NCBI RefSeq assembly: GCF_020745735.1
Contig: NC_083437.1
Coordinates: 23,746,001 to 23,810,000 of the forward strand
Source: Hemiscyllium ocellatum
Taxonomy: Eukaryota
Reading direction: 5' to 3'
DNA length: 64,000 bases
Below are positions 60,130-64,000 of the stretch, piece after piece; position 1 is the stretch's first letter; each line of letters begins with the position of its first letter. The position numbers and the translations under genes are program-made. The notes below the pieces were generated by a model. That model made no database searches. It was not told where the DNA came from and was given only the letters and a program-made list of their open reading frames with translations.

Positions 60130-61365
60130 TACCATTTAAATAATAATCTGCTATTCTGCTTTTCCTCTTGAAGTGGACAACTTCACACTTATCTCATTAT
60201 AATCACCCGCAAAGAGCTAGGATTAGGCTTTTTACCGCTCATTCTGCTTGTTAAGTTGTCTTGAGGTTTCTGCACATCTGCCTCACCACCCACAATCCCA
60301 TTTAGCTTTATGTCATCTAAAATATTAAAACTTAAAAATATTACATTCGATTCCCTCATCCAAATTGTTGATATTTGTTGTGAATATTTGGAACCCAAGC
60401 ACAGAATACAGCAACACCCCACCATTTATAACATTCCAGAATGGCCCATTTCTCACTACTTTGTTTTCTGCCTGCTAACCAATTCTTGATCCACGCCAAT
60501 ATGTTATCACTTAGTCCATGTGCTTAGATTTTGTTCATTAACCTCTTATATGGGACTTTATCAAACGCTTCTGAAAATCCCAACACATCACATGTGCTGG
60601 TCGTTCTTCACCTAAGCTAGTTACATCCTTTTCGAGCTTCAACAGGTGTATCAAACGTGATTTCCCTGTCATAAATCCATGCTGACTTTATGTAATTCCA
60701 TTGGTATTTTCCTAGTACACTGTTATTACATGCTTTACAATTGATTGCAGCATTTTCACCCCGACTGATATTAGGCTAGCCAGTTTGTTATTCTCAGTTT
60801 TCTCCCTTGCTCTTTTCTTAAATAGTTTGCTTACATTTGCCACACTCCAGTCCACCTTCAACTGTTCCAGGATTTACAGAACTTTGGAAGTTGACAACCA
60901 ATGCCTTTATTGTTTCCATAGCTTCCTCTTTTAATGCCTTGGGATGTAAATGATCAGATATTGGGGATTTATTACATTTCAATCTCAATTGTTTCTCCAG
61001 CATCATTTTTTTCACCAGTACTAATCTCTTTCAATTCATCCATTCCAAGAAACACTTCCTTCCCAAGAATTTCTGGAAAATTATTTTTATTTTCTGTAAA
61101 TGTTGTTGTTTAATTACTGTGCCACTCCATGTTTGCTATCATCAATTCCTTTGTTTCAGATTGTAAGGAGGCTACGTTTGTCTTCACTAATCTTTTCTTC
61201 TTTTTACATATGTATAGAAGCTCTTACGATCCACTTTTATGTTCCTTGCAATTTGTGGTCATACACTGTTCCTTCCATCTTAATTAACCTCTTGGCTCTC
61301 TTTGCTGAAATCTAAACTGCTCCCATTCCTCAGGCTCACTGCTTTTTTCTCATAACTTTATATGG
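60130..61365 (-). mobile_element. Decayed CR1 LINE ORF2
   Basis: LKCNKSPISDHLHPKALKE..ALVVNFQSS, DFQKRLIKSH and LDDIKLNGIV-like RT motifs on the minus strand. Confidence 0.75.
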
Positions 61366-61369
61366 CTCC

Positions 61370-61970
61370 TGGAATGTGTAAGGTGAAGAACTTTGAGAAA
61401 ATTAACAGGGTAATGGAGTACACATTGAATGGTAGGACCCTAGAACATGCAGAGGATTGTAGGGACCCTGGTGTACATGTTCATAGATCCTTGAATGTAG
61501 AAGAAAAAAAGACAAGATAGATAATAAGGCATATGGGATATTTGCCTTTCTTAGTCAAAGCATTAAATATAAGAATGAGGACGTTATAATGGAGTTATGT
61601 AAAACATTAGTTAGGCCATACCTGGAGTACTGTGTGCAGTTTGCAGTTCTGGCTGCCACATCATTGGAAAGATGTGATTGTATTAAGGAAGGTGCAAATG
61701 AAATTCACCAGGATGCTGCCTGGGCTGGAGTGATTCAGCCTTGGAAAGAAAGTAAAGGTTGGGGTTATTTTCCACAGAACAGAGAAAGTTCCTGGGGGGA
61801 ATATGATTGAAGTGTATGAAGTTCTGAAGGGTGTAGATAAGGTGAGTTTTTTTTCCTTTTGCAGAGGAGTCAATAATCAGGGTGCATGATTTAAAGGGAA
61901 TTTAAGAACAAGCTTTTTCACCCAGAGGATCATGAATACTATATCTGAAATTCACTACCTGAAGGGATTG
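61370..61970 (+). mobile_element. Decayed CR1 LINE fragment
   Basis: MELCKTLVRPYLEYCVQF. Confidence 0.8.
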
Positions 61971-62233
61971 CCCTTATATTCACCACAGTGAGAAATGTTC
62001 CTTTCTTTTCAATTACAGAAGGATTAGATGAACAGTGTGATGTACCAAATCTAAGTGAATATCCAACTTTAAAAGAGTCGGACATGACAACCTTTGTCAG
62101 TCATTCACTGGTTCATCACATCTCAGCGGCTTATAACATACTGGCCCTTATGGATTCTGTTTCTCTGCTATCACAGGCAATCTCTGCACTTTGTTCTGTT
62201 TTTGCACTGACACCACAGACTGCTATGAACCTT

Positions 62234-62534
62234 TTAGATTAGATTAGATTACTTACAGTGTGGAAACAGGCCCTTCGGTCCAACAAGTCCACGCCGAAGC
62301 GCAACCCACCCAGACCCCTACATTTACCCCTTACCTAACACTACGGGCAATTTAGCATGGCCAATTCACCTAACCTGCACATCTTTGGACTGTGGGAGGA
62401 AAACGGAGCACCCGGAGGAAACCCACGCAGACACGGGGAGAACGTGCAAACTCCACACAGTCAGTCACCTGAGTCGGGAATTGAACCCGGGTCTCAGGCG
62501 CTGTGAAATAGCAGTGCTAACCACTGTGCCACCC
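62234..62534 (-). mobile_element. HE1-type SINE (young)
   Basis: Reverse complement of 48155-48465; (TTAGA)n tail. Confidence 0.95.
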
Positions 62535-62728
62535 ACAACAGTATCTCAACAGTAGTAATTAATTCTACAAAGCAAGTACATTTCAGATTTGATAGGGATT
62601 TCTGTTAGAACATAAGCATAGTAGGAATGTGGTGATCAATAATTAAAGACATAATAGGACGTGTTTATAATCTGTGCTTTTGTTTTGCAGCAGTCCAGTC
62701 CTGAACACTGTTGAAGAAGGTTATCACT

Positions 62729-62834
62729 ATGGATTTGAAATGGCCACATCTTGGCATGGCTTTCTTTATAGTTGTCTCTATCACTATGACTTGCTGTTTT
62801 GTGTGGCAGTACAAACTTCCAAAGAAAGGCCTGA
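62729..62834 (+). CDS. Candidate first coding exon of an unidentified membrane or secreted protein (exon about 62691-62834)
   Basis: tgcttttgttttgcag acceptor, upstream in-frame TGA (62702), ACTATGG Kozak, MDLKWPHLGMAFFIVVSITMTCCFVWQYKLPKKGL, GTGAGT donor at 62835. Confidence 0.5.
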
Positions 62835-63019
62835 GTGAGTGAAAAGCTATTATAATGACTTGGAACTGAGGTTCATTGGTATCTTTGATGTATCTTAAAA
62901 AACTTCATAATCGTACCTTTCACACCCAAGATGGCTTTGCCGACTAGGAACTGTTGTTGTAATGTCAGTAACCAAGCTCCCACAAAGAAAACAAGCACCT
63001 AATCTGTTTTAGAACTGCA

Positions 63020-63320
63020 GACAATGTGTAAAGGGGTACAGTAGATGTAGCAAGGATGTTTCTCCTGGCTGTGGAATCTAGAACCAGAACACACAATCTT
63101 AGGAATAGAAAACAAACCGTTTAGGAATAAGATCGGGGCAAATTTCTTCACTCAGAGGGTGGTGATTTTTTGGAATTCTCTACACCTGAGGGCTGTGCAA
63201 GCTCAGTCATTAGGAATGTCTAACAAAGAGGTTAATAGATTTCTAGTTACTAATGACATCAAGGGATATGGATATAGCGCAGGAATATAACATTGAGGAA
63301 GATGGTTAGCCATGATCAAG
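63020..63320 (+). mobile_element. CR1 3'-end fragment
   Basis: RMFLLAVESRTRTH..NFFTQRVVIFWNSL. Confidence 0.75.
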
Positions 63321-63449
63321 AATGCTCTGATGAAGTTGATTGAGGATAAATATTTACTAGAATACCAAGGAGAGCCTTCCTACACCTCTTTGACCTAGTG
63401 CTGTGAGGTCTTTTATGCTGCTGTGCAATGATTCCCGTAAAATTACACT

Positions 63450-64000
63450 GGAGACAATAAGGAGAAAGTACTGGGGAAGCTGAAAAGTCTGAAGCTGGAT
63501 AAATCACCTGGACCAGATAGAGTTCTAAAGGAGTTAGCTGAGGGGATTGTCGAGGCATTGCTGGTGATCATTTTAGGAAACACTGGAGTCAGGGAGAGTC
63601 CCAGAAGACTGGAAAATGGCTAATGTAACATCTCTGTTTAAGATGGGAGGGAAGCAGAAGAGAGAAAACTAAGGCCAGTCAGCCTGACCTCAGTCATTAT
63701 AAAATTTTAGAGTCCATTACAAAGGATGAGATTGTGGAGTACTTGGGACGTGCCTGGGTAAAATAGGGTGGAGTCAGCACAGCTTCATCAAGGGGAGGTC
63801 ATGTCTGACAAATCTGTTAGAATTCTTTGAGGAGGTAATGAGCAAGTTAGACAAAGGAGAGCCAGTTGGATGTGACCTATTTGGATTTCAAAAATGCCTT
63901 TGACAAGGTGCCACACTGGAGGCTGCTAAATTAGATAAAATCCCATGGTGTTAGTGGCAATGTACTGGCATGGAGAGAGGATTGACTGACTGGCAGAAGG
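63450..64000 (+). mobile_element. CR1 LINE ORF2 (RT), running off the window end
   Basis: KSPGPD..VPEDWKMANVTSLFK..SQHSFIKGRSCLTNLLEFFEEV..LDFKNAFDKVPH. Confidence 0.9.

Noticed and set aside
62019-62850. Faint resemblance to the SLC35E/TPT-family C-terminus (ALMDSVS, NTV)
   Set aside because: Needs frameshifts and a weak GC donor; the similarity is at chance level.

Overview
Eukaryotic (vertebrate) genomic DNA, almost certainly a shark or other elasmobranch: it carries HE1-type SINEs, HER1/CR1 LINEs and Deu-domain SINEs. Two complete spliced genes lie in tandem on the + strand. MRPL20 has 4 coding exons (2112-5969, 149 aa). UBE2J2 has an inferred non-coding exon 1 ending at 11867 and 6 coding exons (22318-49905, 257 aa, catalytic Cys94, C-terminal TM anchor). 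A probable first coding exon of an unidentified membrane or secreted protein gene lies at about 62691-62834. The rest is mostly transposon-derived. Main points of interest: (1) an ORF1-only 'half-L1' (HAL1-like) element with TSD, poly(A) tail and intact ORF1 (28453-30104), in the same gene as a related, nearly intact full-length L1 (37919-43761); (2) a 19 x 45-bp minisatellite with a CTCF-like motif in every unit, directly upstream of the UBE2J2 CpG island; (3) a C9orf72-type (GGGGCC/GGGGCA)16 repeat in MRPL20 intron 2; (4) a 24 x 21-bp array of steroid-response-element-like IR3 sites upstream of MRPL20; (5) Penelope-like elements with minimal hammerhead ribozyme motifs; (6) a solo LTR with a 4-bp TSD hosting nested insertions; (7) a candidate uORF formed across the UBE2J2 exon 1/2 junction. 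There are three assembly gaps. Boundaries of decayed repeats are approximate, and family names come from recalled motifs, not database searches.
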